A model generated the notes under the pieces. It did not search any database, had not been told where the DNA came from, and saw only the letters and a program-made list of their open reading frames with translations. The position numbers and the translations under genes are program-made. 64,000 nucleotides of DNA from Octopus sinensis (taxonomy: Eukaryota): assembly GCF_006345805.1 (NCBI RefSeq), contig NC_043016.1:12338001-12402000 (forward strand), in the 5' to 3' direction. Below, in pieces: positions 37,095-50,251 of the stretch (position 1 is its first letter; each line of letters begins with the position of its first letter).

Positions 37095-37828
37095 ATTTTC
37101 TAATTTTGAAAATGTAAATATGTACCTACGAGCAAAACGCCCCCCTGTCCGACGGACAGTGTTGAATTGTCAAACATTTAAACCAAATTTTCTCAACCGT
37201 CCCATAGGCTTCCCCTTTCAGAAACACTGATTTAACCTAAATTTGAGACACCAGCAAAAGAAGAAATAAAGATAGACTTTTTTTCTATTCCAAAGAAAAA
37301 CGATTTTATTCACACAGATATGCAACCGAAGAGTTTAAAGTACCAGTAATGATAAGGCTGTTGACTGGGAGAACACAAACATGGTTTAAACAGTAAGCTC
37401 GGCAGGAAAGAAAAGTGCCTTTAAGCAGTACAAAAACAAAAAAAAAATGGAAAGTGCAGTTATGTACAGGTTGATGGAAGAAAAGCGGGGCAAAAACGAT
37501 GCATGCAAATGGGTTAGCTGGAGGTAAATCTAGATGGAAAAGCATGAAGGTTTTTTTTGTGCAAACTGCACGTGCATTTTTCTCGCGTATGCGTAGAATC
37601 GATCGTCACAGCTGATGTACTTGCACGTACAAATGCACATTCCCACGGCTTTATCGATTGCATTCTCACCTGGAATTGATTTTTGTAAATTTTTCAAGAC
37701 TTTTATACACGCCCTGATACCGTTGGTATCTGCATATCAATTTTGAGTGCAATCAGATGGAGGATGCCCGAGATCCTAGAAGACACACAAACGCAGACAG
37801 ACAGACAGAACGGATTTTATATAATAGA
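37095..37828 (-). mobile_element. Helitron/DINE-like element (5' end clear, 3' end uncertain)
   Basis: The minus strand begins A|TCTATTATATAAAATCCGTT(CTGT)n. No convincing 3' CTAG plus hairpin was found. Confidence 0.45.
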
Positions 37829-37934
37829 TTTGTTTCTAAAATTTATTTCTAAACCAGGATAGAATACTTAAGATGAAGTGTTAAATATTGTCTCTATAAT
37901 GTTTATTCAAATTATAAATATTATATATTTAAAG

Positions 37935-38018
37935 ATCTATAAAGAAGAGATCCATGATCTGCTTTCCGAGCAAAAAGACCAGTTGTGCATCAGGGAAGAT
38001 TACAGCGGTGATATAATG
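37935..38018 (+). CDS. KIF4: KIF4 exon 3
   Basis: IYKEEIHDLLSEQKDQLCIREDYSGDIM, 84 nt, AG...GTAAG, phase 0-0. Confidence 0.93.
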
Positions 38019-38115
38019 GTAAGTTTCTCTGCGTTTTAAGTTTTATTAATTATTAGGTTTGGAAACATTTTTGTAAGTCTTCAGCTTTCAAATTATTCTG
38101 TCAAATGTGGGTTAT

Positions 38116-38480
38116 GGAAGCACTCCGTCGGTTACGACGACGAGGGTTCCGGTTGATCCGATCAACGGAACAGCCTGCTCGTGAAATTAAAGTGTAAGTG
38201 GCTGAGCACTCCACAGACACGTGTACCCTTAATGTAGTTCTCAGGGATATTCAGCGTGACACAGAGAGTGACAAGGCCGGCCCCTTGAAATACAGGTACA
38301 ACAGAAACAGGAAGTAAGAGTGAAAGAGTACAGCAGGGATCACCACCTTCCCCTGCCGGAGCCTCGTGGAACTTTAGATGTTTTCGCTCAATAAACACTC
38401 ACAACGCCTGGTCTGGGAATCGAAACCGCAATCCCACGACTGCGAGTCCGCTGCCCTAACCACTGGGTCATTGCACCTCC
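38116..38480 (-). mobile_element. SINE family C inserted into a D1 MITE
   Basis: Full family sequence, with MITE halves at ~38075-38115 and 38481-38667. Confidence 0.88.
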
Positions 38481-38904
38481 AATGTAATGCTATTTATTAA
38501 CATTATTTTGGATTAATCATGCTTTATCTTGTAGTTTTGAGAATTCGATGATGTAAATAGTTACTTTTAGAATGACATTGTATATGTGTGAGAGGCTACC
38601 CCAGGTAATATAAAACGGGTAGAATATTTGGACTGGATATAGCTGGATAAAGATGCTAAAGGGTTAAATTTTGTTTCTGACATTTTTTTTTTTTCCTTCT
38701 CAAATATAAACCTGTCAGGTATTGCTAGAGTTATATAATGAGGTAAAGTATAATTGGGATGCAAAAAATACTTGCCCCTTTTAGGAAGGTATTTGAAAAT
38801 AATAGCTTCTGATACCGGTAATATTAAGGTAGGAATCTTGGAGAGAAAGGTAAAGGGAATGAATTTCTCAAAGTGGAGTTCATTTTATTGTATGTGTATC
38901 TATA

Positions 38905-39310
38905 TATAGGTCTGGAGAGCCAGTGGCTGCACCAGGCTCTAATCTGATCTGGCAATGTTTCTACAGCTGGATGCCCTTCCTAATGCCAACCACTCCGTGA
39001 GTGTAGTGGGTGCTTTTTACGTGCCACCAGCACGGGCCAGAGGGGGCTGGCAAATGGCCACGATTGGTTGGTGCTTTTACGCGTCACAGTCAGGCGGCAG
39101 ATGGTGCTTTTTACATGTCACTGGCACAGGTATCTTAACTTCAATTTTCATTTGATTTTTATTTTGATGTTGGTGTTGACGTATTTGACTCATTAGGTCT
39201 CCTCAAGAACAGAGGGTCACTCTACAATCCAAGGTTAGCACAGCAGGCGTCCTGCGAGCTACATAACTCACTTCATTTGTCGGGTCTTCACAGTCACAGT
39301 ATATCTCAGG
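38905..39310 (-). mobile_element. RTE 3' UTR fragment
   Basis: Homologous UTR and VNTR units. Confidence 0.75.
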
Positions 39311-39316
39311 CCCTAT

Positions 39317-39364
<48 letters not shown>

Positions 39365-40094
39365 CCTATATCTCACAATCTGCTACATTCCTTTCTAATC
39401 CTTTAGCATTCAAATTCTTCTGTCAAATGCAATGCTTATTTATTTGCATTGTTTAGAATTAATCATGCATTATCATGTGGCTTTAAGATTTCAATGGAGT
39501 ATATTTTTAGAATGATATTGTATGGTAGGTGTGAGAAGCCTGATCTAGCTGGAACATAAAGCAGGTAGAATATTTGGGCCAGAAACGGTCAGTTTAAATG
39601 CTGAAGTGTTAAGCAACACATACTTCAAACCCTGTCTCTGAAGGAATGAAATGGAAAGTGTAAAAAAAGGAACGGTTTTCCGGTTGATGAGAACCGTGTT
39701 TGGTCTATGTGCAGTATTGCAGACCAGTAATGTGAACTGATGTTGACTAGTGTATGCCAGCTGGTTTCAGTGTTGAACGAGAAAGCTTGAAACAACAACC
39801 AAATCTTCCACCACCTTACATAAAAGGATTATATTGAACAAGGTAATTCCTGATATCCTAAAAGGTGACCATGTGTGGAAATTCTCCAGTCTGTTTAATT
39901 AGAATTGAGCTAAAGAACAACAACAACAACCAAGTTTACTTTGAGCCAACGGTGGTGGGGTGCTTATCTCTGTATGTTGGTTTGATTTGCTAGAAACTGC
40001 TGCCAAGTATCCTTCATGTCAGACAAGACCATAATTTAGGGAAGAAGTTAAATGTAATCAATCAATGCTATTTTAGCAGGTTACAATTATTTTT

Positions 40095-40462
40095 AGTGCA
40101 CCACCATCCATTCGTGGCTGTTGCTAGCGCCGCCCCGACTGGCCTCGTGCCAGTGGCACGTAAAAAGCACCATCCGTTCGTGGCCGTTGCCAGCCTCGCC
40201 TGGCCTCTGTGCCGGTGGCACGTAAAAAGCACTATCCGTCCGTGGTCGTTTGCCAGCTCTGTCTGGCACCTGTGCGGGTGGCACGTAAAAAGCACCCACT
40301 ACACTCATGGAGTGGTTGGCGTTAGGAAGGGCATCCAGCCGTAGAAACTCTGCCAGATCAGACTGGAGCCTGGTGCAGCCTTCTGGCTTCACAGACCCCA
40401 GTTGAACCGTCCAACCCATGCTAGCATGGAAAGCGGATGCTAAATGATGATGATGATGATGC
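40095..40462 (+). mobile_element. RTE 3' UTR copy (about 3 VNTR units)
   Basis: VNTR units, palindrome and (GAT)n tail. Confidence 0.85.
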
Positions 40463-40494
40463 AAATGGATTTATAGGTTCGTCTTTCCACTCTA

Positions 40495-40710
40495 TTAACC
40501 TTTTTGATTCCAGCCTGCATGTGACTGCCCTTGGCCTTATACAAATTCACTGTTTAAAAGTAATCTAAATCAAAACTTTCCTTTAAAATTTCATAGTAAT
40601 TCTCTAACATAATAGTGACAAAGTTACTTTACTAAATTCATAATTATTTTTGAAATTAATTGAAATAAATACAGTATATTGACACAGAACAATGGTAACG
40701 AAAGGGTTAA
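40495..40710. mobile_element. piggyBac-type MITE (family D2); related copies at ~26895-27100 and 47268-47484
   Basis: TTAACC...AACGAAAGGGTTAA termini with a shared internal sequence. Confidence 0.7.
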
Positions 40711-40860
40711 ATCCATAACATTGAAATAGGTGTGGTGGTTATTATTAAGACATGGAAGTGCATGGCTCTCAAAGAGATCGGTTAGTCATGACTAGGATGT
40801 CTTTGATCAGAGTTCACATGGGGTTAAATAACAAGGAATGGATGTTTATATAATTCATAT

Positions 40861-41271
40861 TCTTTATCTTTTATCTTTTACTTGTTTCAGTCATTTGACT
40901 GCGGCCATGCTGGAGCACCGCCTTTAGTCGAGCAAATCGACCCCGGGACTTATTCTTTGTAAGCCCAGTACTTATTCTATCGGTCTCTTTTGCCGAACCG
41001 CTAAGTGACGGGGACGTAAACACACCAGCATCGGTTGTCAAGCAATGCTAAGGGGACAAACACAGACACACACACGCATACATATATATATATATATACA
41101 TATATACGACAGGCTTCTTTCAGTTTCCATCTACCAAATCCACTCACAAGGCATTGGTCGGCCCGGGGCTATAGCAGAAGACACTTGCCCAAAGTGCCAT
41201 GCAGTGGGACTGAACCCGGAACCATGTGGTTGGTTAGCAAGCTACTTACTACACAGCCACTCCTGCGCCTA
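40861..41271 (-). mobile_element. SINE family A
   Basis: Full-length. Confidence 0.9.
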
Positions 41272-41444
41272 TATGTGGCTGCGTGGTAAGAAATTTGCTT
41301 CCCAATCGCATGCCTCCAGGTTTTGTCTCACTGATCAAAGCCATTATGAGTAGAAGGAAACTAAACAAAGTCCATAGTGTGTATGTGTGTGTGTGTAGTT
41401 ATGTTTGTGTCTCCTTGTTTTAATATCATATAATGGTTGTCAAA

Positions 41445-41676
41445 AGGCGGAGAGCTGGCAGAAATGTTAGCACGTCAGGTGAAATGCTTAGCGGTATTTC
41501 GTCTGCCGTTACGTTGTGAGTTCAAATTCCGCCGAGGTCGACTTTGCCTTTCATCCTTTCGGGGTCGATAAATTAAGTACCAGTTACGCACTGGGGTCGA
41601 TGTAATCGACTTAATACCTATGTCTGTCCTTGTTTGTCCCCTCTGTGTTTAGCCCCTTGTGGGTAGTAAAGAAATA
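41445..41676 (+). mobile_element. SINE family B
   Basis: 10-bp TSD GGTTGTCAAA (41435-44 and 41677-86). Other copies at ~1595-1812, 54080-54290 and 59880-60053. Confidence 0.92.
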
Positions 41677-41895
41677 GGTTGTCAAATGGTTGCCAGTGTC
41701 ATTCACCTCCAAGGTTTCTGTGAAAACATGTCTGGTCATGATGGTGGTGGGGTTAGGGTCACCTCTTGCTTGGGAACAGGTGAGGGTTGGTAACAGTAAA
41801 GGCATCCAGCCATGGAAAATCTGCTTCGTTAAACTCTGCACGTATGGAAAAGTAGACGTTAAAATGATGCTAATATACATTTCTGGATATTTCAG

Positions 41896-42062
41896 ATTCC
41901 TGGTCTAACAGAAGTGTCTGTTTCTGATTTCACATCTACAATGGCTTGTCTGACAAAGGGATCTACAGTGCGTTCAACTGGTTCAACAGCCATGAATGCT
42001 CAGTCAAGTCGATCGCATGCTATCTTCACCATTACTTTCACTATCACTTCAAAGACAGACAC
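41896..42062 (+). CDS. KIF4: KIF4 exon 4 (switch I)
   Basis: IPGLTEV...TAMNAQSSRSHAIFTI. ttcag acceptor, GTGAG donor, phase 0-2. Confidence 0.96.
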
Positions 42063-42147
42063 GTGAGTTTCATTTGATTTTTCCCTTGTGTGTTTCCCAA
42101 ATGTAGATGTTAAAGTTTGTAAAGGGAACTGGTTGCTTCTTTACACC

Positions 42148-42581
42148 TGTGGGGTGCAACTTGGGTGCAACACAATTTCCTTTCTTTAGATTCCAGAGAC
42201 TACCAGTCAGGAACAAGTAACGCAACCTTAAAAAATATATATAACTCTTTATTTTCATATTTACAAAAGAAGTTCGTTGGTATCTTGGTATCCACTAGGT
42301 GCGAAATAGCAAGGCTGAATTTTAACGTTTGTAAGCTTGTTACAACAATTCAGCAGCAACAGAACAGGTATTCAACAGCAACAGAGCAGGTCGTCACGGC
42401 GCTATTAAGGAAAACGTCCTAGTAACAGTCCCCTTCAGTCTCTAGCACATGCGCATGAGGGAACTTCCCTATGCCTTTCCAGAAGGTTCCAACCCCGCAC
42501 ATGTGCACTGAAGAAGGATGCTCCGCACACGCACACTGAAGAATAACGTGTGTGCGCACACTGGAACATGATGTCACTACA
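42148..42581 (-). mobile_element. Candidate solo LTR
   Basis: The minus strand runs TGTAGTGAC...CCCACA with an internal AATAAA. No TSD was found. Confidence 0.3.
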
Positions 42582-42997
42582 AGTTTATTGAATTGATTTC
42601 CATGTGCAAGTGTGTGTGTGTTTGTGTATGTAAAGAGGCTAAGTGTGTGAGTGTATGTAAACAGAATGTGTGTGTGTAGGCAAGGAGATTGTAATGTAAT
42701 GGGATTAGATGTGTTTTTGTGTAAGGACCTATATGTTTGTGTGTAAAGAAATTCAATATGTGTGTGTAAGAAGGAGCACCTGACTACAGAAAATCCACCT
42801 CGTCAAGTTCCATTCAAAAGTGAAATTTATGAGCATTTAAGGAAACTGGCTTGCATGCATGTGTAGGGAGACATGAAGGGGTGTGTTTGGTTAAGTGGGG
42901 TACACTTCTGATTTTAAGTTTTAAGTAATATTTTCTTCAACATTTTAGTTATGTAATTTATTTTTATATTCATATAATTTTTCTTGATCAATTTAAG

Positions 42998-43092
42998 TGT
43001 TGATGTCCGGAAGGCTAAATTTCACTTGGTGGACTTAGCTGGTTCTGAAAGAATAAAGAAGACAATGGCAGAAGGAGATCGTCTCAAAGAAG
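42998..43092 (+). CDS. KIF4: KIF4 exon 5 (switch II)
   Basis: [26 protein letters not shown](G), phase 2-1, GTAAT donor. Confidence 0.96.
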
Positions 43093-43365
43093 GTAATCTA
43101 ATGTTTTAGTTTCTTTCTCATATTTTCATTTTAGGTCAGAGTTTTCTATATTGGTATATTTTGTGAGGTGTTTTTATTTGCTAGAATTTTATTTTGGTAC
43201 CTACTCGCCTCATGTCGCTTATGGCTCTAATACAAGCATTTTGTTTGAAAGTGATCTAAATGAAATCTTCCATCAAAGTTTTATATTAATTTAAGGTCCT
43301 AGGCACCAGCTTCATAATGACGAAGTTAGCGAAGACCGAAAGAGTACAATTGCAAATAAATGTGA

Positions 43366-43700
43366 TTGAAATTGGGTTTTGCTGAAGAGCCTCTGGATAT
43401 CAGGGAGTCTCTCCATGTTGAATTCCTCCCTCTCTGCATTGGGAAGTCACAGCTCCGGTGCTACAGACGTGTGATTAGAATGTTGCATGAAAGTATTGCA
43501 AGACAGATTCTTCGAGCCAAGCCAACAGGCAGGAGACCAAGGGGTAGATCAAGAACAAGATGGTTGAATAATATCTATAGCTTCAGTTGGTCCAAGGTTG
43601 GGAATTTTTGAAGGAAGTTGCTTCTGGCAGAACCCTATGGAGGTGGTGCCTGAGGACTCTATCTCCACAACCCTCCCAGGAATGGTGGGGGGGGGGGTGA
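43366..43700 (+). mobile_element. 3' fragment of a second RTE-like LINE family
   Basis: SQLRCYRRVIRM...KPTGRRPRGRSRTRW, an RTE C-terminal LRW/RPRGRP-type motif. Confidence 0.65.
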
Positions 43701-43946
43701 TGGCTGAATGGACAATGGCAATATATTTCAACAAAAATATAGTAACAAAAAGGGTTAAAGTGACAATGTTAGTGTGACTCAATCATGCCTAAAGCTGACT
43801 AATAATGTCTCAGGTAAGGTGAGTAAAATATAGTGTTAGGTATTTTATTCCTTATGTTGAAAATCATGTGTATTTCTTACTCAAGTTTTATTTCTCTTTA
43901 ATTTCATTTGTGGTTCTATTTCCTTTTACTTTTTAATATTTTGTAG

Positions 43947-44066
43947 GAATCAATATCAATAAAGGCCTTCTCTCTCTTGGAAATGTCATCAGTGCCCTTA
44001 GTCTTGAAGGTGGTAAACGAGGTCACGTACCTTATAGGGATTCCAAATTGACTCGAATATTGCAAG
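43947..44066 (+). CDS. KIF4: KIF4 exon 6
   Basis: (G)[17 protein letters not shown]...[14 protein letters not shown]. [18 protein letters not shown] is KIF4-type. Phase 1-1. Confidence 0.96.
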
Positions 44067-44083
44067 GTAATAACACGATTTTA

Positions 44084-44317
44084 TTAACCCTTTAGCTTTC
44101 AGGATTACTTCATCAAATGTAATGCTTATTTATTTATTCACATCGTTTTGAATTAATCGTACATTAATCTTGTAGCTTGGAGATTTTGGTGATGTGATTG
44201 TTAATTTTTAGAATGACATTGTGCAGGATGTGTGCAAGGCCAGATCTGGTCAATTTGAACATAGAACAGGTAGAATATTTGGGTTGGATATGGCCAGGTT
44301 AAATGCTAATAGGTTAA
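44084..44317. mobile_element. piggyBac-type MITE D1
   Basis: TTAACCCTTTAG start with the family body, 18 bp after the exon 6 donor. Confidence 0.8.
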
Positions 44318-44747
44318 TTCTAAGCTTCAGTTTTATGTTTATTGCTTTCTCGTTACTAAAATCTGATGATTCTTGTGATGTGCAGCTGAATTTCTTTTCT
44401 TAATTGGGAAGATTTCCAATGTCCATTTAATCTTCTATTGGAGGCCACATTCCTTTACTAAATTCATTATGGGGGATATTTATCGAAATACAAATTACTA
44501 TCATATTACTAACAGCATCGTCTGTTTCATGCTTGTAAATGTTGGACTGTTGAAGTCAAATGAACTTGAAACATATTTTGCTGGAGAAAATACTTTATGA
44601 TCAGAAATTCGGATTTAAGTAGGATGCTTTTAGTACTAATGATGCTTTTAGTACTAATGATGCTGTACCTCAGAATCTAAATATGGTTCTGATGAAATTT
44701 GTATTTATTGACAATCTATGTTATTTACCTATTTATGGCTGCCAACA

Positions 44748-44977
44748 TTAACCCTTTAGTGTTCACATTATTCTGCCAAAATTAATGCTTCTTTGTCCAA
44801 ATTGTTTTGAACTAATCATTCATTAATGTTGTAGCTATGTGATTTTGATGAGGTAGCTGTTAATTTTTAAAACAATATTGTAGGGTTGGTGTGAGAGACC
44901 AGATCTGGCCAGTTTGAACATAAAACAGGCAGAATACTTTTGGCCGGATATGGCCGGTTTAAATGCTAAAGGGTTAA
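44748..44977. mobile_element. piggyBac-type MITE D1
   Basis: TTAACCCTTTAG...CTAAAGGGTTAA. Confidence 0.85.
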
Positions 44978-45229
44978 ACCAGGTTTATCTTTTTACAGCA
45001 GTTTTGTGTGCAGTCTTCTAGAAGTATGTCTAGTAAAAAAAAGTGCACTCCATTCATGCTCATTAGTCAATGATTTCATTAGTATGATTAAGGGTCTTTA
45101 TAGCAGAGTCTATTGCTCCTATATCAAAATTTTACTTTTTTTTTTTTATATTTGATAAAATATTTTGTTTTTCATTAATTTAAAAAAAAAGTGTTTTTCA
45201 TTCTTTAAAAAATTTAATACTTGAATTAG

Positions 45230-45452
45230 ATTCTCTTGGAGGAAATAGTTACACCCTGATGATTGCATGTATCAGTCCCGCTGATGTGAATTTGGAAGAA
45301 TCAGTGAATACGTTGAGATATGCTGAGCGTGCAAGTCACATTAAGAACAAGCCTTTGATTAACCGAGACAAACGAGCAGCCGAGATCCAGGAACTGAAAC
45401 AGTGTGTGGAAACTCTGAAAGCAGAACTGATTAGGGTCACCGGCAGTGGAAG
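45230..45452 (+). CDS. KIF4: KIF4 exon 7 (end of motor, neck)
   Basis: (D)[46 protein letters not shown]... Phase 1-2. Confidence 0.96.
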
Positions 45453-45560
45453 GTAAATCAGTTTATACATATATATATGATATGCTTAATGATTTCATTA
45501 ACCCTTTTTGTACCAACCCAACTGAGACCACCCCAACAGGTTCTATCAAAGAAACTTGTT

Positions 45561-45778
45561 TTAACCCTTTGGTGTTCAGATTATTCTGTCGAATGTGATG
45601 TTTGTTTATTTAAAATGGTTTGAATTAATCCTGCATTATCTTGTAGTTTAGAGATTTCAGTGATGTGATTTTTTAGTTTTAGAATGACATTGTAGGGCTG
45701 AGGTGAGAGGCGAGTTCTGGTCAGTTTCAATATAAAACAGGCTAAATATTCTGGCCGGTTTGAATGCTAAAGGGTTAA
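45561..45778. mobile_element. piggyBac-type MITE D1
   Basis: TTAACCCTTT...CTAAAGGGTTAA. Another MITE left end lies at 45498. Confidence 0.8.
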
Positions 45779-46212
45779 AGTAACCTAAAATAAAATCTCA
45801 TATTAAATTTTGTTTCAAACACCAGCTTAACCCATTAGCATTTAAACTGGCCATATCTGGCCCAAGTATTTTAGAAATGAAAGCCAAATCTACTTCAAAT
45901 CGCACCTGTCATTTTTTTAAAGATAAAAAGTAAGGACACATACAAAAAAAACAAAAAACAGGATGGTGCTGGGCAGAATCTCTTAGCATGGACTCGGTTC
46001 AATGGCTGAAACAAGTAAAAGATAAAAGATAAGAAATGTGGTTGAAAACTACATACTTTCCCCTTTAAAAAAAAACATTTGATACATCTTACATAACAGT
46101 AAATGCAGTGTTAAGCCCTTTGATGTGTGAGACTATAATTTCCTTTTCCTGCCATACTTTTAAATCAATCTAAAGATAATTGGAAATTTTTTTTATATTT
46201 AACATTTTTCAG

Positions 46213-46261
46213 CGATCATGAAGACTATCAATCAATTGTGGAGAAACTGGAACTGAAGGCG
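46213..46261 (+). CDS. KIF4: KIF4 exon 8 (49 nt)
   Basis: tttttcag acceptor, (S)DHEDYQSIVEKLELKA, GTTTGT donor. Phase 2-0 bridges exons 7 and 9. Confidence 0.8.
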
Positions 46262-47529
46262 GTTTGTAATTTACAATGTATATATTTTATATAATTGTAG
46301 TGATGAAGTGAGATGCAGTTTTTGGTTATTAATGCAAGCCTTGTGCACTCTCTGGGCAAAACATAAGCTAAAACTTCGTATCTAATTTAAGAAAATGCAT
46401 GTCTTTGCCTCTTAGAATATGAGTTCTTTTGTAGAAATCTATCCATCCATCATCATCATCTATTTGTGTTCCAAGCCGGCATAGGTTAAGTAGCCGAACA
46501 GGCTCTGGAAAGGCCCAAGGACTGCATCCTGCCCTATTATTTGGCATGATTTCTAGGGCTGGTTTCCCTTCCTAATGTCATCCGCTGAACAGCATGTAAC
46601 TGGGTTTTTTTTTCTTGCCTCCAGTACAAGTATTGATATTGGGTGAGAAGTGGAGGGACCTTATATTTCAAGGAGAATAAAGAGAAGTGAGGAAGAAAGG
46701 GCCAGAGCAGAATGAGTTTCTTGTTGTAGAGGAGTAATATGATTGTTGGCATTTTAGAAGAGTGCCAGGTGTGGAGCTGGACATTGGGGATGAGGTGCCA
46801 AAATGGACCTTCAATGTAGAATGTGGCTAGGAATGGATGGGGCAGGGGTGCCAAGAGTGAGTGTGGAGTAGGGCTATGTCTGATGGTGCAGGGCAACAAT
46901 ATAGGAATGAAGCTACGGTAAACTGGGGTGAAAGAGGGATGACATGTTGGGGTAGAGTGATAGACAGGTGCAGTGTTTGAGGAGGGTGAGATATGTAGTG
47001 GGTGGGTAATTAATGAAAATACGGAGTGGTTGGCGTTAGGAAGGCATCCAGCCGTAGAAACATTGCCAGATCAGACTGGGCCTGGTGCAGCCTTCTGGCT
47101 TCCCAGACCCCAGCTGAACTGTCCAACCCATGCTAGCATGGAAAACGGATGCTAAATGATGATGATAGATGGAGTTCAATGTTAATGGATGGTAATGGAT
47201 AATATGTGAGATTGTTCTGAAGTATAATATCATTTGGCTAATTGCGTAAACTTTTCTTCTTTTTGTTTTAACCTTTCGTTACCAATCTGGTTGAAACCAC
47301 CTCTGGCTCTGTAGTACTAATGTTTTGTTTTCATAAGTTTTGAATTAAAATCCTTCACCAAACCTTAGTCACAATTTATGTTCCTAACACTAGCTTAATG
47401 ATTTACTAAATCCTTTGTTATGTTTGAAATTAAATGAAAGAAACACAGAGCATCTCAAAATAAATACAGTAACGAAAGGATTAATATTTAATTTAATTAA
47501 GGCAGTGAGTTGACAGAATTGTTAGCATG

Positions 47530-47940
47530 AGGCGCAGGAGTGGCTGTGTGGTAAGTAGCTTGCTAACCAACCACATGGTTCCGGGTTGAGTCCCACTGCG
47601 TGGCACCTTGGGCAAGTGTCTTCTGCTATAGCCCCGAGCCGACCAATGCCTTGTGAGTGGATTTGGTAGACGGAAACTGAAAGAAGCCCGTCGTATATAT
47701 GTATATATATATATATATATGTGTGTGTATATGTTTGTGTGTCTGTGTTTGTCCCCCTAGCATTGCTTGACAACCGATGCTGGTGTGTTTACGTCCCCGT
47801 CACTTAGCGGTTTGGCAAAAGAGACCGATAGAATAAGTACTGGGCTTACAAAAGAATAAGTCCCGGGGTCGATTTGATCGACTAAAAGGCGGTGCTCCAG
47901 CATGGCTGCAGCCAAATGACTGAAACGAGTAAAAGAGTAT
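47530..47940 (+). mobile_element. SINE family A
   Basis: Full-length. Confidence 0.9.
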
Positions 47941-48208
47941 GCCAGCTATATTTTGTCTGTCTTTCTGGTCCGATTTGAAATTTGTTCTCTTTTTTTTGTG
48001 GTCAATAGAATAAGTACCAGCACTGAGGTCAATGTAAATGACCTACCCCTTGTGCCAAAACTTGAAACTGGTGTTTAACTTATCTAATTATCTTTTATAC
48101 AAGTGAATGAGTATTTAAATGAAGTGTTAACTTAGGGATTCTCTTAACGGTTTTGCTTTGTTATTGATGCTAATGGAAGCTTTGCTAAAATCAGACATTT
48201 CCTTTCAG

Positions 48209-48345
48209 AAAGAAAATAGTATTCTAAGTGAAGAATTGAAATTAGCAATAGACAGAGAAACAGATTTGCTGAACAAAGTCCTTGACACTGAAGCATCCCG
48301 AGACACTTTCCAAGAATGCTTAACTTCTATCTTAAGCCATCTTAA
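48209..48345 (+). CDS. KIF4: KIF4 exon 9 (stalk)
   Basis: cctttcag acceptor, KENSILSEELKLAIDRETDLLNKVLDTEASRD..., GTAAGT donor, phase 0-2. Coiled-coil-like composition. Confidence 0.82.
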
Positions 48346-49555
48346 GTAAGTAAAAAAGTAAACAAATTTGTAATGTGGAATAAGTAAATTTTAAATTTGA
48401 GAAACAAATTAAGTTTCAAATAATTTTGGCTTTCTTGGATATAAGCATGGCTGTGTGGTTAAGAAGTTTGTTTCTCAACCACATGGTTTCAGGTTCAATG
48501 CCACTGCATGGTACCTTGTGTGTTTTCTGAGCGGATTTGGTAGAGAGTGACTGAAAGAAGCCTGCTGAATATATATATATATATATGTGTGTGTGTCTGT
48601 GTCTGTTTCCTTGTCTTAACTTTATGTGATAGTTATGAACATCATAAGAATGATGTTATTTGTTTCCAATTTTCTGTGACAATATGTTTGGGTATGGAGA
48701 AATATTACTATGGAAACAGGTGCAGGTTGGCCACAAGAATGGTTTTTGATTATAGGAAATCTTCTGAGAACTCTGTGAACATGGGAAAGTAGATGTTACA
48801 TGGGATGATAATTGGTTTCAGTCATTCTAAAATGGTAGGGTACTGCTTTGAATTAACCACGGTGCTAATTAGGAAGTCTGGTACTTGTTCTACCAGTCTC
48901 TTCTTTTTTTATTTTTGTCCACTGGTAACAGACAATGTGTAACTGACTGACAAGTACTCAGTTGTGCTGATGAAAGTTCCAGTTGATCCTATCAATGGGA
49001 CAGTTCATGAAATTAATAACAAGCAAGTGGCTGAGCACTCCACAGACACATGTACCTTTAACATAGTTCACTGGGAAATTCAGTGTGAAATGGAATGTGA
49101 CAAGGCCATCCCTTTTGAAATACAGGTACAACTCACTTTTGCCAGCTGGGTGAACTGGGGCAACGAGAAATAAAGCATCCTGCTCAAGAATATAATATAT
49201 TGCCACAAATCGAACTCATGTCTTACCCTAACCACTTAGCCATGTGCCTTTACAATCATACACACATTAGGTTTCTGCACAATTTCCATCTGAACAAGAA
49301 CCTGGAACCGTGTAGTTGAGAAAGTGAACTTAATCACACAGCAATGCTGAATTTAGAAAGAAAGAAAAGCTTATTGAAATTTCATTTTTACATTAAAGTT
49401 GATTTTTAAATAATTTTTAGTTTTAAATTTTGTATTTTAAAGTATGAAAATATTTATATCTGTTGTTTGTTCTGTTTTATTTGATCTTTTTTTTTACTTT
49501 GAAGATTGTTTTGAATTTGGAGCGTAATCAACTAAAATTAATGTATTCTCATTAG

Positions 49556-49622
49556 GGATTTCCTGGAAGATGAATCAGTGAAAGAGGAATTAGTAGAAGC
49601 ATATACAAGTGTGAAAGAAAAG
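49556..49622 (+). CDS. KIF4: KIF4 exon 10 (stalk)
   Basis: attag acceptor, (K)DFLEDESVKEELVEAYTSVKEK, AG|GTTTGT donor, phase 2-0. Confidence 0.78.
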
Positions 49623-49861
49623 GTTTGTTATTTTATTTATTCTCTCTTTCATATTCATTTCCCACCTTAACCTCACAACTCCCTCTTTCTCTCTCTTTCC
49701 AGACTGGCAAGATAGTTATTAGTTTCCTAAGTAGGACACCTGTTCCTGTCCCTCTATCATCCTTCATTACTGAATCCTGTTCAGTCAAGGAGTCTTGTCT
49801 TGAGTCCCTGTTGACTTCATCATTGCTTGCGCTATGTAAAAAGCACCCAGCACACTCTATG

Positions 49862-50251
49862 GTGGAGGCGCAATGGCCCAGTGGTTAAGGCAGCGGACTC
49901 GCGGTCATAAGATCGCGGTTTCGATTCCCAGACCGGGCGTTGTGAATGTTTATTGAGTGAACACACCTAAAAGCTCCACGAGTCTCCGGCAGGGGATGGT
50001 GGTGATCCCTGCTGTACTCTTTCACCACAACTTTCTCTCACTCTTACTTCCTGTTTCTGTTGTACCTTGTATTTCAAAGGGCCGGCCTTGTCACTCTCTG
50101 TGTCACGCTGAATATCCCCGAGACCTACGTTAAGGGTACACGTGTCTGTGGAGTACTCAGCCACTTACACGTTAATTTCACGAGCAGGCTGTTCCGTTGA
50201 TTCGGATCAACCGGAACCCTCATCGTCGTAACCGACGGAGTGCTTCCCAGT
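49862..50251 (+). mobile_element. SINE family C (tRNA-derived)
   Basis: Head GGAGGCGCAATGGCCCAGTGGTTAAGGC...GGTTTCGATTCC. 10-bp TSD ACACTCTATG. Confidence 0.92.

Noticed and set aside
46640-46960. Possible LINE endonuclease remnant (LQQETH-like)
   Set aside because: Too degenerate to call from one partial motif.
49862-49935. tRNA gene-like sequences (SINE A, B and C heads)
   Set aside because: They have A/B boxes but no complete cloverleaf, and they are fused to SINE bodies, often with TSDs.
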